NCBI GenBank assembly: GCA_965204725.1
Contig: OZ242005.1
Coordinates: 1,120,001-1,184,000 of the forward strand
From: Candidatus Latescibacterota bacterium
GTDB taxonomy: Bacteria; Latescibacterota; UBA2968; UBA8231
Direction of reading: 5' to 3'
Length of the DNA stretch: 64,000 nt
In this document: piece by piece, positions 37,699-47,673 of the stretch
How positions within the stretch are numbered: the stretch's first letter is position 1
Layout of the letters: the number at the start of each line of letters is the position of its first letter
The notes under the pieces: model-generated
The model's input: the letters and a program-made list of their open reading frames with translations, nothing else
What the model was told of the DNA's origin: nothing
Databases searched by the model: none
Program-made: the position numbers and the translations under genes

Positions 37699-38757
37699 AT
37701 GGCACACGATCCGATTACTCCAATAATTGCTTGTTCCGCCTGCTTTGCTGATCATGGTCTGCGCTTGGATGCCGAGCGACTTGGACTAGAAGAAACGGGT
37801 GCTTGCCCAAATTGTAATACAATAGACGGTAAGAAACTCACAAAAATAATCCTCCTCCAACTAGCACATCGTTTCTTTGTGTGGGGTTCACTGCATCGTT
37901 GTGAGTATGGAGCTGCGCCACAAATCCAATTCAACGAAAGTCAGAAAACATCTATCGACTTATCACCGTGGCTTGTACCTGATGTTGAATTGTTTGAATG
38001 TCTTCTCGGGATAGGTTTTTTCCACTATGGGCCGAGATTCTGGATGATTGGCGAAGTTGAGCCATTGAAGGCACTTCAGAATCGATTCACCCGAAAGGAT
38101 ATTGTCAACCGAGTTTTGCGCGATTACCCAATAAGGAATGTTGGACCAGAGCATCATTTCTATCGGGTTCGCAAAAAACCAAGTAATCCTGCCAAACCTT
38201 CGCAGTACGATAGTCCACCCAACTCTGCTATCGGTAAAGGACGCTTCGATTCGATAGATTTCCCTGTATTATACGCTTCACCGGACTTACAAGTATGTAT
38301 GCATGAATGTCGAGTAACAGCAGAAGATGATCTCTATGTGGCCACCCTGACTCCGAGCACCTCACTGCGCCTTCTTGATCTATCCGCCCTGTTAAGGGAC
38401 GAACATGTGACAGAATTTGAGAGTCTCGATATGGCAGTTCACATGCTTTTCTTGGCAGGAGAACATTCATATGAAATTACCCGCGAGATTGCCATTGCCG
38501 CATGTACTTCGGGATTCGATGGAATTATCTATCCTTCGTACTTTAGCCTTCTTCGGCTTGGTGTTATGCCTTTCGAGACTACGTATGGCATCTCGCATCG
38601 ACTTATCCCTCAGTATCAGGCGTACGAACAGAAAAAAAGTATCCCTAACTTGGCTATTTTCGGGTGGCCAATTAAGCAAGGCAGACTCTCCTTACAATGC
38701 GTCAATAGACTGATCGTGAGTCGAGTAGATTATGATTTTCACTTCGGCCCTGTCTAA
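37699..38757 (+). CDS. RES-domain protein with N-terminal CxxC…CxxC zinc finger
   Basis: FYRVR, GRFD…VLYAS…ECR, FDGIIYPS, NLAIF give the R-E-S signature; N-terminal CSAC and CPNC. Confidence 0.8.
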   Translation: MAHDPITPIIACSACFADHGLRLDAERLGLEETGACPNCNTIDGKKLTKIILLQLAHRFFVWGSLHRCEYGAAPQIQFNESQKTSIDLSPWLVPDVELFECLLGIGFFHYGPRFWMIGEVEPLKALQNRFTRKDIVNRVLRDYPIRNVGPEHHFYRVRKKPSNPAKPSQYDSPPNSAIGKGRFDSIDFPVLYASPDLQVCMHECRVTAEDDLYVATLTPSTSLRLLDLSALLRDEHVTEFESLDMAVHMLFLAGEHSYEITREIAIAACTSGFDGIIYPSYFSLLRLGVMPFETTYGISHRLIPQYQAYEQKKSIPNLAIFGWPIKQGRLSLQCVNRLIVSRVDYDFHFGPV

Positions 38758-38909
38758 GGAACAGCTCCATAACCTTATCGCCCTCTGCGAAGGTTCCACC
38801 CCCGAGTTCAAACGGGCTATGCCCTCCGATCTCGGGCGAAAGATTTGCGCCTTCGTCCCTTTCTATATGCTTATCGTATATCTAAATTAAATCGAAGCGA
38901 GGTTATAGC

Positions 38910-39011
38910 ATGGCAACAGCACACACGAAATTTTTTATGATCAACAAGAGCCAAGGGGTGCGGCTGCCCAAGGTCGTTGAACTGCCAGAGTCAGTGCGAG
39001 AGGTCGATTGA
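38910..39011 (+). pseudogene. vapB: Truncated VapB (AbrB/SpoVT-type) antitoxin remnant
   Basis: MATAHTKFFMINKSQGVRLPKVVELPESVREVD* with a GAGGT RBS matches the VapB N-terminal 'SQAVRLPK' pattern. No vapC follows. Confidence 0.7.
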
Positions 39012-39021
39012 AACCCACCCA

Positions 39022-42000
39022 ATGACCCCCGCGCCCTACACTGAAGACATCCTCGTCCAGCGAACCACTGCTGATTACTTGGAGCACCAACTCGGCTGGG
39101 AATCCATCTCTGCCTATAACGTTGAGGACTTCGGCCCAAACAGCCTGCTGGGCCGCACTTCCGACCGCGAGGTAGTGCTGACGCGCCATCTATACGCTGC
39201 GCTACGCTCGCTAAATCCGGGCCTGCCGGACGCTGCTTATGACGACGCCGTGCAGCAGATTACCGCCACCGCCGCTTCGCAGACCCTCGTCGCCGCCAAC
39301 CGCAAGCAATATGACCTGATGCGCGACGGCGTCCCGGTTACCTTCCACGACGACAAGGGCGAGCGGATGCGGCAGCGGCTAAAGGTCTTCGACTTCGAGA
39401 CACCGGAGAACAACCACTTCCTCTGCGTACGCGAGTTGTGGGTGCGCGGCGACCTCTACCGCCGGCGAGCCGACATCGTGGGCTTCGTCAACGGCCTGCC
39501 CTTGCTGTTTATCGAGTGCAAGAACATCTACCGCAATCTCAAGGCCGCTTTTAAGCAAAACTTCTCGGATTACAAGACCACCATCCCCCATCTCTTTCAG
39601 CACAACGCAGTAGTGATGTTCGGCAACGGCGAGCAGGCGAAGATCGGCTCTATCACCAGCCAGTGGGAGCATTTCCACGAGTGGAAGCGGCTGGCCGAAG
39701 ATGAACCGGGCGTCGTGGATATGGAGACGCTGCTCAAGGGCGTCTGCAACAAGCGCAATTTCATGGATATCGTGGAGAACTTCATTCTCTTCGACGAGTC
39801 GTCCGGTGCGACGAGGAAAATCCTCGCCCGCAACCACCAGTTTTTGGGTGTGAACCGCGCCGTTGAAGCCGTATGCGAGCGCGAAAAGCGGGGGGGCAAA
39901 CTCGGCGTTTTCTGGCACACGCAGGGCGCGGGCAAGAGCTACTCCATGGTGATGTTCGCCCGCAAGGTGCATCGCAAGCTAGGCGGCAGTTTTACCTTTC
40001 TAGTGCTAACCGACCGCGACGACCTCGATAGGCAGATATATAAGACCTTCGCCGGTTGCGGCGTGGTGAATCACGACCGCGATCCTTGCCGAGCGTCCGA
40101 CGGACGACACCTGAGCCAGCTTTTGACCGAGCACAAGGCATACGTCTTTTCGCTGATTCAGAAGTTCAACGTGAACCCCAACACGGCGTACACCGACCGC
40201 GACGACATCATCGTCATCTCCGACGAAGCGCACCGTACTCAGTACGGTACGCTAGCGAGTAACATGCGCAACGCCCTGCCCAACGCCAGCTATATCGGCT
40301 TCACAGGTACGCCGCTGTTCAAGGACGATGAACTCACGCGGCGGGTTTTTGGCGAGTACGTCTCCACCTACGACTTCCAACGCGCAGTAGAAGACGAGGC
40401 CACTGTGCCGCTCTACTACGACGCCCGAGGCGACAAACTGAAGGTGACCATCGGAGACCTGAACGAGCGCATTGCCGCGAAATTAGAGGAGCTTGAAATC
40501 GACGATATTGACGTGCAGCAGCGCTTGGAGCAGGCACTTGCACAAGACTACCATGTCATCACCGCTAAACAGCGGCTCGATCAGATTGCGCGGGATTTTG
40601 TGCGGCATTATTCGACCGCTTGGGAGACCGGCAAGGCCATGCTGGTCTGCATCGACAAGATCACCTGTGTGCGGATGCACCGGCTAATTGAGTTCTATTG
40701 GGACGAGTACGCCAATGAACTGGAAGCCGAGCTTGAGCGGACACAGGACGAACAGACCGAAAAGCAGGTCGCATGGATGCGCGAGACGCGCATGGCCGTT
40801 GTGGTGAGCGAGGAACAGGGCGAAGTGGAGAAGTTCAGTAAGTGGGACTTAGACATTATACCGCATCGTCGGCTCATCAAGGAGGGCATGGAACTGCCCG
40901 CGTCCATGCGCGACAAGCCATCGTTCCGCAACAAGCAGCGCATGGACCTAGACGATGCCTTCAAGGAGTCAGAGCACCCGTTCCGCATCGCCATTGTCTG
41001 CGCCATGTGGCTGACCGGCTTTGACGTGCCCAGTCTCTCCACGCTCTACCTCGACAAGCCGCTCAAGGCACATACGCTGATGCAGGCCATTGCCCGCGCC
41101 AATCGAGTGAACGAGGGCAAAAACAACGGGCTGATCGTGGATTACTGCGGCATTCTCAAGCATCTGCGTCATGCACTGGCGACCTTTGCCGGCGCGGAAC
41201 CGGGCGGTGAAGGCCACGCAATTGACCCCACCAAACCGGAAGAGGACCTGCTTGCCGACTTGGCCGAGGCGATTGCGCTGGTGCGCGATTTTCTCGCCAA
41301 GGGCGGTGCGCCGTTCGACGACGTCATCGGGCGAACCGGCTTTGGGCGCACCGCCGCCATCGTCTCATGCAAGGAGATCGTCAACGAGAACGACGAGACC
41401 CGCCAGCGCTTTGAGGTGATGTGCCACGAGGTGTTCAGGAAGTTCAAGGCGTGCATCAACGCCCCCGCTGTCAACGACCACCGCACAGACCGCGACGCTA
41501 TTGACATCATTTATAAGAGTCTGCAACGGGACCGGGAGCAGGCCGACATCAGCGACATCCTCCGCACGTTAAGCGAGGTAGCCAGTGAAGCGGTCACGGT
41601 GCAGCCGGACACGGCGGTTGATCGGCCCCTCTACGACATCAGCCGCATTGATTTCGAGCGGCTCAAGCAGGAGTTCAAGCGCAGTGCCCGCCAGCGGACC
41701 AGTGTGCAGCGGCTTAAGGAGACTGTGGAGAAGAAGCTCCGGCGCATGTTGGCGAGGAACCCACTGCGTACGAATTTTCAGCGACGCTACGAGGAGATTG
41801 TCGTGGCCTACAACCGCGAGAAAGATCGCCCGACCATTGAACAGACCTTTGAGGAGTTGCTCGATCTGGTTCAGGAGTTGGACCAGGAGGAGAGGCGGGC
41901 GGCTCGCGAGGGCTTGGACGAGGAGTCGCTGGCGATCTTCGACCTGTTGCAGAAATCTAATCTGAGCGCACCTAAGCGCGAGCAGATCAAGCAAGTCGCC

Positions 42001-42240
42001 GTCAAATTGCTAAAAACGCTGAAGGCCGAGAAGCTGTGCGCGAGCCAGTGGCGCGACAAGCAAGCGACCCGAGATGCTGTCCGAGTTGCGATCTACGATT
42101 TCCTATGGGACGACAAGACCGGCTTACCCACAGGTGATTACTCGGAAGCCGAAGTCAAAACCAAGACAGACGATCTATTCCGGCACGTGTTCCGCGCCTA
42201 CCCAAAAGTGCCGTCCCCGTATTACGAAAACGCGGCGTGA
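39022..42240 (+). CDS. hsdR: Type I restriction endonuclease subunit R
   Basis: RADIVGFVNGLPLLFIECK nuclease motif, WHTQGAGKS, DEAHR, FTGTP, MWLTGFD, QAIARANR. Confidence 0.95.
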   Translation: MTPAPYTEDILVQRTTADYLEHQLGWESISAYNVEDFGPNSLLGRTSDREVVLTRHLYAALRSLNPGLPDAAYDDAVQQITATAASQTLVAANRKQYDLMRDGVPVTFHDDKGERMRQRLKVFDFETPENNHFLCVRELWVRGDLYRRRADIVGFVNGLPLLFIECKNIYRNLKAAFKQNFSDYKTTIPHLFQHNAVVMFGNGEQAKIGSITSQWEHFHEWKRLAEDEPGVVDMETLLKGVCNKRNFMDIVENFILFDESSGATRKILARNHQFLGVNRAVEAVCEREKRGGKLGVFWHTQGAGKSYSMVMFARKVHRKLGGSFTFLVLTDRDDLDRQIYKTFAGCGVVNHDRDPCRASDGRHLSQLLTEHKAYVFSLIQKFNVNPNTAYTDRDDIIVISDEAHRTQYGTLASNMRNALPNASYIGFTGTPLFKDDELTRRVFGEYVSTYDFQRAVEDEATVPLYYDARGDKLKVTIGDLNERIAAKLEELEIDDIDVQQRLEQALAQDYHVITAKQRLDQIARDFVRHYSTAWETGKAMLVCIDKITCVRMHRLIEFYWDEYANELEAELERTQDEQTEKQVAWMRETRMAVVVSEEQGEVEKFSKWDLDIIPHRRLIKEGMELPASMRDKPSFRNKQRMDLDDAFKESEHPFRIAIVCAMWLTGFDVPSLSTLYLDKPLKAHTLMQAIARANRVNEGKNNGLIVDYCGILKHLRHALATFAGAEPGGEGHAIDPTKPEEDLLADLAEAIALVRDFLAKGGAPFDDVIGRTGFGRTAAIVSCKEIVNENDETRQRFEVMCHEVFRKFKACINAPAVNDHRTDRDAIDIIYKSLQRDREQADISDILRTLSEVASEAVTVQPDTAVDRPLYDISRIDFERLKQEFKRSARQRTSVQRLKETVEKKLRRMLARNPLRTNFQRRYEEIVVAYNREKDRPTIEQTFEELLDLVQELDQEERRAAREGLDEESLAIFDLLQKSNLSAPKREQIKQVAVKLLKTLKAEKLCASQWRDKQATRDAVRVAIYDFLWDDKTGLPTGDYSEAEVKTKTDDLFRHVFRAYPKVPSPYYENAA

Positions 42241-42279
42241 AGTAGCGATGCGATGTTCCCGCCGCTCCAACCGAGTTTT

Positions 42280-43860
42280 ATGACGACGCGATTTTTCAAC
42301 ACGGCCGGTCCGGTCCGCCCGCAAAAGAACTACTGCATTCCGCCGCTTGACCGCTTGGAGCTCGACGATGTTCTCGCCCTCATCCGGGATGAGAAGTACT
42401 TCGTCTTGCATGCGCCGCGGCAGACGGGCAAGACATCCGCCCTCCTCGCGCTGCGCGATCTGCTGAACAGCAGGGGGACCTATCGCTGCGTGTACGCCAA
42501 CGTCGAGGCCGGCCAAGCGGCGCGGGAAGACATGGAGCGGGCGCTCCGCGCCGTTTTTTCGGAACTGGAGATACAGGCGAGTATAACCCTCGGCGACGAG
42601 TCGCTGGCTAGCTTGTGGCGCGAGGCACTGGACAGCGCCGGCCCGGTCGGTGCATTGCAACAGGTGCTGAGACACTGGGCGGTCGCCGACCCGAAGCCCC
42701 TCGTGCTGATGCTCGACGAAATCGACGCGCTCGTGGGCGACACGCTTTTGTCTGTCCTACGGCAATTGCGCGCGGGGTATCCGCAGCGGCCGACGCACTT
42801 CCCGCAAAGCGTGGTGCTGTGCGGCGTGCGCGATGTGCGCGACTACCGCATTCATTCGGGGGCGGAAAACGCGGTGATCGCCGGCGGCAGCGCGTTCAAC
42901 ATCAAGGCCGAGTCCCTGCGCTTGGGGGACTTCTCGGCCGGAGAAGTGCGGGCGCTGCTCGCCCAGCACACCGCGGCGACCGGACAGGCGTTCACCGCAG
43001 CCGCGGTGGATGCGGTGTGGGCGCGGACTCAAGGCCAGCCGTGGCTCGTCAATGCGCTGGCCTACGAAGCCTGTTTCCGCAATAAGGCAGGCCGCGACCG
43101 CGCTCGCCCGATTGCCGCGGACGACATCCTCGAAGCACAGGAACAACTCATCGCCAACCGCGAGACGCACCTCGACCAACTCGCCGACAAGCTGCAAGAA
43201 GACCGCGTGCGGCGCGTGGTTGAGCCGCTGTTGAGCGGCGGCGACGAGCGCGAGTTCACAATCCGCGACCTCGAATACGTGCGCGACCTAGGGCTAATCG
43301 CCCAAGGCGATCCGCTGCGCATCGCCAACCCCATCTACGCCGAGGTCGTGCCACGCGAACTGACCGCTGCGGCGCAGACCGGCTTGGTGCAGGACGCCGC
43401 TTGGTACATCGACGCCGCGGGCGGCTTAGAGGTCGATAAGCTGCTCGCCGCCTTCCAAGCGTTCTTCCGCGAACACTCGGAGCACTGGATAGCGCGTTTC
43501 GACTACCAAGAAGCGGGGCCGCAACTGCTCTTGCAGGCGTTTCTGCAAAGGATCGTCAACAGCGGCGGGCGCATTGAACGGGAGTACGGCTTGGGCCGGG
43601 GCCGTACCGACCTGCTCATTATCTGGCCGCAGGGTGGGCGGAAGCGCAAGTTCGTGGTCGAGTGCAAAATCCTGCGCCAGAGCTTGGAGCGAACCGTGCG
43701 CGACGGGCTGGCACAGACGGCCGGCTACATGGACCGCTGCGCGGCTGAGTCTGGGCACTTAGTCGTCTTTGACCGCACCGAAGGCCGACGCTGGGAAGAC
43801 AAGGTGTTCCGCCGGGAAGAGCCTGTGGTGGGCGGAACAATTACCGTGTGGGGGATGTAG
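42280..43860 (+). CDS. AAA-like ATPase with C-terminal PD-(D/E)xK nuclease domain
   Basis: FFNTAGP, HAPRQTGKTS, MLDEID, EREYGLGRGRTDL…VVECK. ORF is open from 42253. Confidence 0.85.
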   Translation: MTTRFFNTAGPVRPQKNYCIPPLDRLELDDVLALIRDEKYFVLHAPRQTGKTSALLALRDLLNSRGTYRCVYANVEAGQAAREDMERALRAVFSELEIQASITLGDESLASLWREALDSAGPVGALQQVLRHWAVADPKPLVLMLDEIDALVGDTLLSVLRQLRAGYPQRPTHFPQSVVLCGVRDVRDYRIHSGAENAVIAGGSAFNIKAESLRLGDFSAGEVRALLAQHTAATGQAFTAAAVDAVWARTQGQPWLVNALAYEACFRNKAGRDRARPIAADDILEAQEQLIANRETHLDQLADKLQEDRVRRVVEPLLSGGDEREFTIRDLEYVRDLGLIAQGDPLRIANPIYAEVVPRELTAAAQTGLVQDAAWYIDAAGGLEVDKLLAAFQAFFREHSEHWIARFDYQEAGPQLLLQAFLQRIVNSGGRIEREYGLGRGRTDLLIIWPQGGRKRKFVVECKILRQSLERTVRDGLAQTAGYMDRCAAESGHLVVFDRTEGRRWEDKVFRREEPVVGGTITVWGM

Positions 43861-43901
43861 AGGCGGGTCTAGTGTCGCTGGTAACGGGAAGTAGCGTTAC
43901 A

Positions 43902-43935
43902 GCCAGAGTCGCGGCCAGAGTCGCGGCCAGAGTCG
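43902..43935. repeat. 12-bp tandem repeat (GCCAGAGTCGCG x ~2.8)
   Basis: Seen directly; translates as QPESRPESRPES in one frame. Confidence 0.85.
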
Positions 43936-43966
43936 TAAATTATAACCAGCTAAAGGAGATTTTTCG

Positions 43967-44773
43967 ATGAGCACGAAAACTTTGTTCTTAGCATGGCAAG
44001 ATCAAGACAAAAGAAAGAAGATCCACCCATGGTTTCCGGTGGGCAGGTTGGACGTCGAGCCGTCGCTTTATCGATTCCGCTATATCGGCGGTGCGAAACG
44101 CGCAGAAAGGGAAATTGGATTTTCTCCATTAATCGATTTTCCTTGGTTGAGTAGCGATTATCGTTCCTCAGAGTTGTTTGCGTTGTTCAGGAATCGCGTC
44201 ATGGCGAAGGGAAGGCCAGACCGCATGGATTACCTGCGCTGCCTTGGTCTCTCGGAGGATGCGACCCCTGCTGAAATTCTATCGGTCAATGGCGGTACGC
44301 GCGTCACGGACGCCTACGAGGTATTCCCCAAACTCGAAAAGGACGCCGATGGCTGTTTTGCCTGTCGCTTCTTCCTGCACGGTTGGCAACGTGTCAGTGA
44401 AGCGGCTCAAAAGCGGATTGATGAACTCAAGCCAGAAGACGAACTGTACGTAACCCTCGAATTGACCAATCCGGCGACCAAGCTGGCCGTGCAACTCCAG
44501 ACGACGGACTATTGTATGATCGGCTGGACGCCGCGCTATCTCGTGAACGACTTGGCCCTAGCGATGACCGAAGGCCCCAATGACTACACCGCGAAAGTAG
44601 TGCGCGTTAATCCGATGCCAGCGCCGTCAAGGCAGCGCGTTTTGATTGAGATGCGCGGTTGTTGGAAAAAGCACGAGCCGATGAGCGGCGAAGATTTCCA
44701 GCCTTTGGTCTCTGACCGCATCGCGGTAGATCCAACTGTTGACGATCCAAGACGTTATCGCGTCGCCTTGTAA
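43967..44773 (+). CDS. HIRAN domain-containing protein (HipA-kinase-associated type)
   Basis: LFLAWQD…WFPVGRL…YRFRY…ELFALFRNR…RPD…GG.RVTD; C-terminal LELTNP…AV…IGWTPRYL; AAGGAG RBS. Confidence 0.7.
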   Translation: MSTKTLFLAWQDQDKRKKIHPWFPVGRLDVEPSLYRFRYIGGAKRAEREIGFSPLIDFPWLSSDYRSSELFALFRNRVMAKGRPDRMDYLRCLGLSEDATPAEILSVNGGTRVTDAYEVFPKLEKDADGCFACRFFLHGWQRVSEAAQKRIDELKPEDELYVTLELTNPATKLAVQLQTTDYCMIGWTPRYLVNDLALAMTEGPNDYTAKVVRVNPMPAPSRQRVLIEMRGCWKKHEPMSGEDFQPLVSDRIAVDPTVDDPRRYRVAL

Positions 44774-44984
44774 TTTCCAGCAGCGTTGCGCCATTCGTCG
44801 TCTCCTGTGCATTTTGTACAAGCGGTGCTTGCTTATACTGGTTCGACAATTTCTGTGGTTGCCCGCTCTACGGGGCGATATATTACCCATCGTTCCCACT
44901 GCGCGCCGAGAAAGGAGGGGCTTTAGCACAGGCGAGCGGCAGGCTTTTTGTCGAGTTGTTTTACTCTAAAACGAGGGAAATCGC

Positions 44985-45914
44985 ATGAGAACGCATGCAC
45001 AGATGCTGTTGGGAGGGGCCTTGGCGCTCCTCGTCAGTGCGACCGCTTGGGGGCACGTGGGGGTTGAGTATTTTTATCCGCAAGTGCCCGATCCAGCCGC
45101 TATGGTCATGGACGGCAAAGACGACGACTGGGGCTGGCTCGACCAAGATGAGTTTGCCATTACCACTGAGCAGATGTTTGGCCAGCAAGGCGAGGAGATT
45201 TCGCGCGACGATATCGACGTGGCCTTCTGGATGGCGTGGAGCGCGCCGCCGGACAATCGGCTCTACTTCTATGCGGTGGTGACCGACGACACGCTCAAGT
45301 TGCTCGAATCCGATCAGAAGCGCTGGTGGTCGGACGACATCATCCAGATCACGTTTGATGCCGATCACTCGGGCGGCGACTTCTTAGGCGAAAACTTGGA
45401 CCATGTGCTCAATGGTCAGCGCTACCACCTCCGCATCAATCCAGGACCGGGCCAGCCGGTGGCGTACAACAGCCAACTCGAATACATCGACCTGCCGGAG
45501 ATCGGCTGGAGCTCGGATGTGTTCAACGGCGAGCCAACGCCTTGGTTCGAGGTGGGCTGGACCCTGCTGCCATCGGGGGCCGGGCACGGATCGACCAATG
45601 TCACGTGGACCATGGAGTTCCGCTGCGCTCTGTGGGACAGCTATGCGACGACGCCCGAGGAGAGCGTGCGCCACGTGTTCGAGGAAAATCAGGTGATACA
45701 CATAGGCCCCAAGTTCAACGACCGCGAGCCTGTGGCCTCGGACGAAGCGTCGCCGTTCCGGCACAACTTGCTGCCCTTGGGATCGGCCGCCGCGCAAGAC
45801 CAAAAGGGCGATCAAATGCCCGATTGGATCGGCTTGGGCACCGACGAGCCGACGTCCGTGGCGGACAACTCGTGGGGGCGGATTAAGAGCCACTTGCAAG
45901 GCCAGTTGGATTGA
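44985..45914 (+). CDS. Secreted CBM9/DOMON-like protein with C-terminal 'TSVADNSWGRIK' motif
   Basis: Signal peptide (…AWG/H); MDGKDDDW…AW…LYFYAVVTDD…D.IQITFDAD…WTMEF. Confidence 0.7.
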   Translation: MRTHAQMLLGGALALLVSATAWGHVGVEYFYPQVPDPAAMVMDGKDDDWGWLDQDEFAITTEQMFGQQGEEISRDDIDVAFWMAWSAPPDNRLYFYAVVTDDTLKLLESDQKRWWSDDIIQITFDADHSGGDFLGENLDHVLNGQRYHLRINPGPGQPVAYNSQLEYIDLPEIGWSSDVFNGEPTPWFEVGWTLLPSGAGHGSTNVTWTMEFRCALWDSYATTPEESVRHVFEENQVIHIGPKFNDREPVASDEASPFRHNLLPLGSAAAQDQKGDQMPDWIGLGTDEPTSVADNSWGRIKSHLQGQLD

Positions 45915-45941
45915 GAAGCGAAAACCTCAACCTGCTAACGC

Positions 45942-45975
45942 AAGCGGTGTCGGCCGGAGCATGCCGACACCGCTT
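45942..45975. repeat. Perfect 13-bp inverted repeat (stem-loop; REP-like or terminator)
   Basis: AAGCGGTGTCGGC-8 nt-GCCGACACCGCTT, intergenic. Confidence 0.7.
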
Positions 45976-46008
45976 TGCTGTTGGGTGTCCTTGGAAGGGT
46001 CGGTTCCA

Positions 46009-47640
46009 ATGAACATCTCCGCGCTCGATGGGGCGATCATCGCGGCCTTCCTGATTGGGGTCGTCGGCATCGCGGTTGCGAGCAGCCGCCGGGTCCGCGG
46101 CCCGAGCGACTTCTTCCTCGCTGGGCGCAGTATGCGCTGGCCCTTTGTCGGCGCATCCCTGTTTGCCACCAACATTTCCGCCGAGCAGTTCGTCGGGCAA
46201 GCGGGTTTGGCCTTTGTCGTCGGCTTGGCGGTCGCCAATTACCAGCTTGCCGGCGTCTTGGCCTTCGTGGCGATGGGGGCGGTTTTTCTGCCTATATACA
46301 TGCGGCTGGGGCTGTACACCACACCGGAGTTCTTGGAGCGGCGCTACGGCCCAGAAAGCCGCCGCTTCTTCTCTTTAATCACCCTCGTGACCATTGCCTT
46401 TGCCGGCATCCCCGGGTCCCTGTACGCCGGCGGGCGGGTGATGGAGGTGCTCTTTGGCTTTGAGTCGATTGTGCCGGGGGTGCTAATTTTGGCACTGGCG
46501 GTCGGCCCATACGCCATGGCGGGCGGGTTGCGCACCGTCATCTTGACGGATTTTGTCCAGTGCTTGCTGCTGGTGGTCGGGGGCGCGGCCATGCTCTATG
46601 TGGGCTTGGATTATCTGGGGGGCTGGGGTGCTTTTGCGGCCCGGATGCAGGCGTTGCAGGGGGCCGGCGATTGGGACATGCTGTCGCTGGTGCAGCCGCT
46701 CGATCATCCCAACGTGCCTTGGACCGGCGTGGTGCTGGGCCTGACGGTCCATGCCTTGGCCTTTGGTGCGACGAGTCACGTCATGGTGCAACGCGCCTTG
46801 GCGGCCCGTAGCGTCCACGAGGCGCGCATGGGGGGGCTGCTGGCCGGGCTGCTCAAGGTGGTCGCGGTCTTTATCGTGCTGATTCCCGGGCTGATAGGGT
46901 ATGTCATGGCGCAGGGGCCGCAGCCGCTGCTCGAAGTCGCCAGCCCGGATCAGCTCTATCCGGCGATGGTGCAAACCTTGCTGCCGACCGGCTTGGTGGG
47001 CTTGGTGTTGGCCGGGCTGATCGCGGCCCTGATGAGCTCGTTGGACTCGGAGATTTGCGCGGCCTCGGGCCTGTTTGCCATGGATTGGTATCAGCCGTAT
47101 CGGCCGGCGGCAACGCAGCAGCGCGTGGTGTGGGCGGGGCGCGTCTTGGCGGGCGTCGTGGTCGCCATCGGCGTGGTGTGGGCGATTGTGGTCATTCCGC
47201 AGTTCCGCTTCCTCTACGAGTATCTGGCCAAATTTGCCTCGTACCTACCCGGGGCGGTTGTGGCCTGCTTTTTGTGGGGCATCCTGTCGCAGCGGCCCAC
47301 GCGCAAAGCGGCCTTTGCCACCCTCATCACCGGGTCGCTCTTAGGAGTCTTGTTGTGGCTGGCCCACGACTCGGAGACCGTCCATCGGCTCGTCTGCGGA
47401 GACGCGGGCCTCGGCTGGGCCTTTTTGGATATGCACTTCCTACACGCGGCCTTCGTCGTTTTCGCGGTGTCGAGTGCGTTGCTTTTTGGCTTTAGCTTCG
47501 CGTTTGGTGACGAGGGGTCGGCGCTCTTAGAGCAAGGGGACGCGGCATGGATGCCGAGCCGGAAGCAGGATCGAGTGTATTGGCTGGGCGCGGCGGGGTT
47601 GGTGGTGATCTACGGCGCGGTGTATTGGTACTTTTTTTAG
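46009..47640 (+). CDS. Sodium:solute symporter (SSS/SLC5) family transporter
   Basis: FFLAGRSM, SLFATNIS, TTPEFLERRY, GGLRTVILTD, VQRALAA, AALMSSLDS. Confidence 0.93.
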   Translation: MNISALDGAIIAAFLIGVVGIAVASSRRVRGPSDFFLAGRSMRWPFVGASLFATNISAEQFVGQAGLAFVVGLAVANYQLAGVLAFVAMGAVFLPIYMRLGLYTTPEFLERRYGPESRRFFSLITLVTIAFAGIPGSLYAGGRVMEVLFGFESIVPGVLILALAVGPYAMAGGLRTVILTDFVQCLLLVVGGAAMLYVGLDYLGGWGAFAARMQALQGAGDWDMLSLVQPLDHPNVPWTGVVLGLTVHALAFGATSHVMVQRALAARSVHEARMGGLLAGLLKVVAVFIVLIPGLIGYVMAQGPQPLLEVASPDQLYPAMVQTLLPTGLVGLVLAGLIAALMSSLDSEICAASGLFAMDWYQPYRPAATQQRVVWAGRVLAGVVVAIGVVWAIVVIPQFRFLYEYLAKFASYLPGAVVACFLWGILSQRPTRKAAFATLITGSLLGVLLWLAHDSETVHRLVCGDAGLGWAFLDMHFLHAAFVVFAVSSALLFGFSFAFGDEGSALLEQGDAAWMPSRKQDRVYWLGAAGLVVIYGAVYWYFF

Positions 47641-47673
47641 ATTTTTGGCTGTCATCAACCCAAGGAGAAATCA

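Noticed and set aside
6511-38757. Orphan Xre/MbcA antitoxin and the RES protein as a cognate TA pair
   Set aside because: They are 31 kb apart, and the RES protein has the longer Zn-finger architecture rather than the short toxin form; there is no sequence evidence of pairing.
43902-43935. CRISPR array (also considered for 28669-28798)
   Set aside because: No unique spacers of regular length, at most 2-3 units, and no cas genes.
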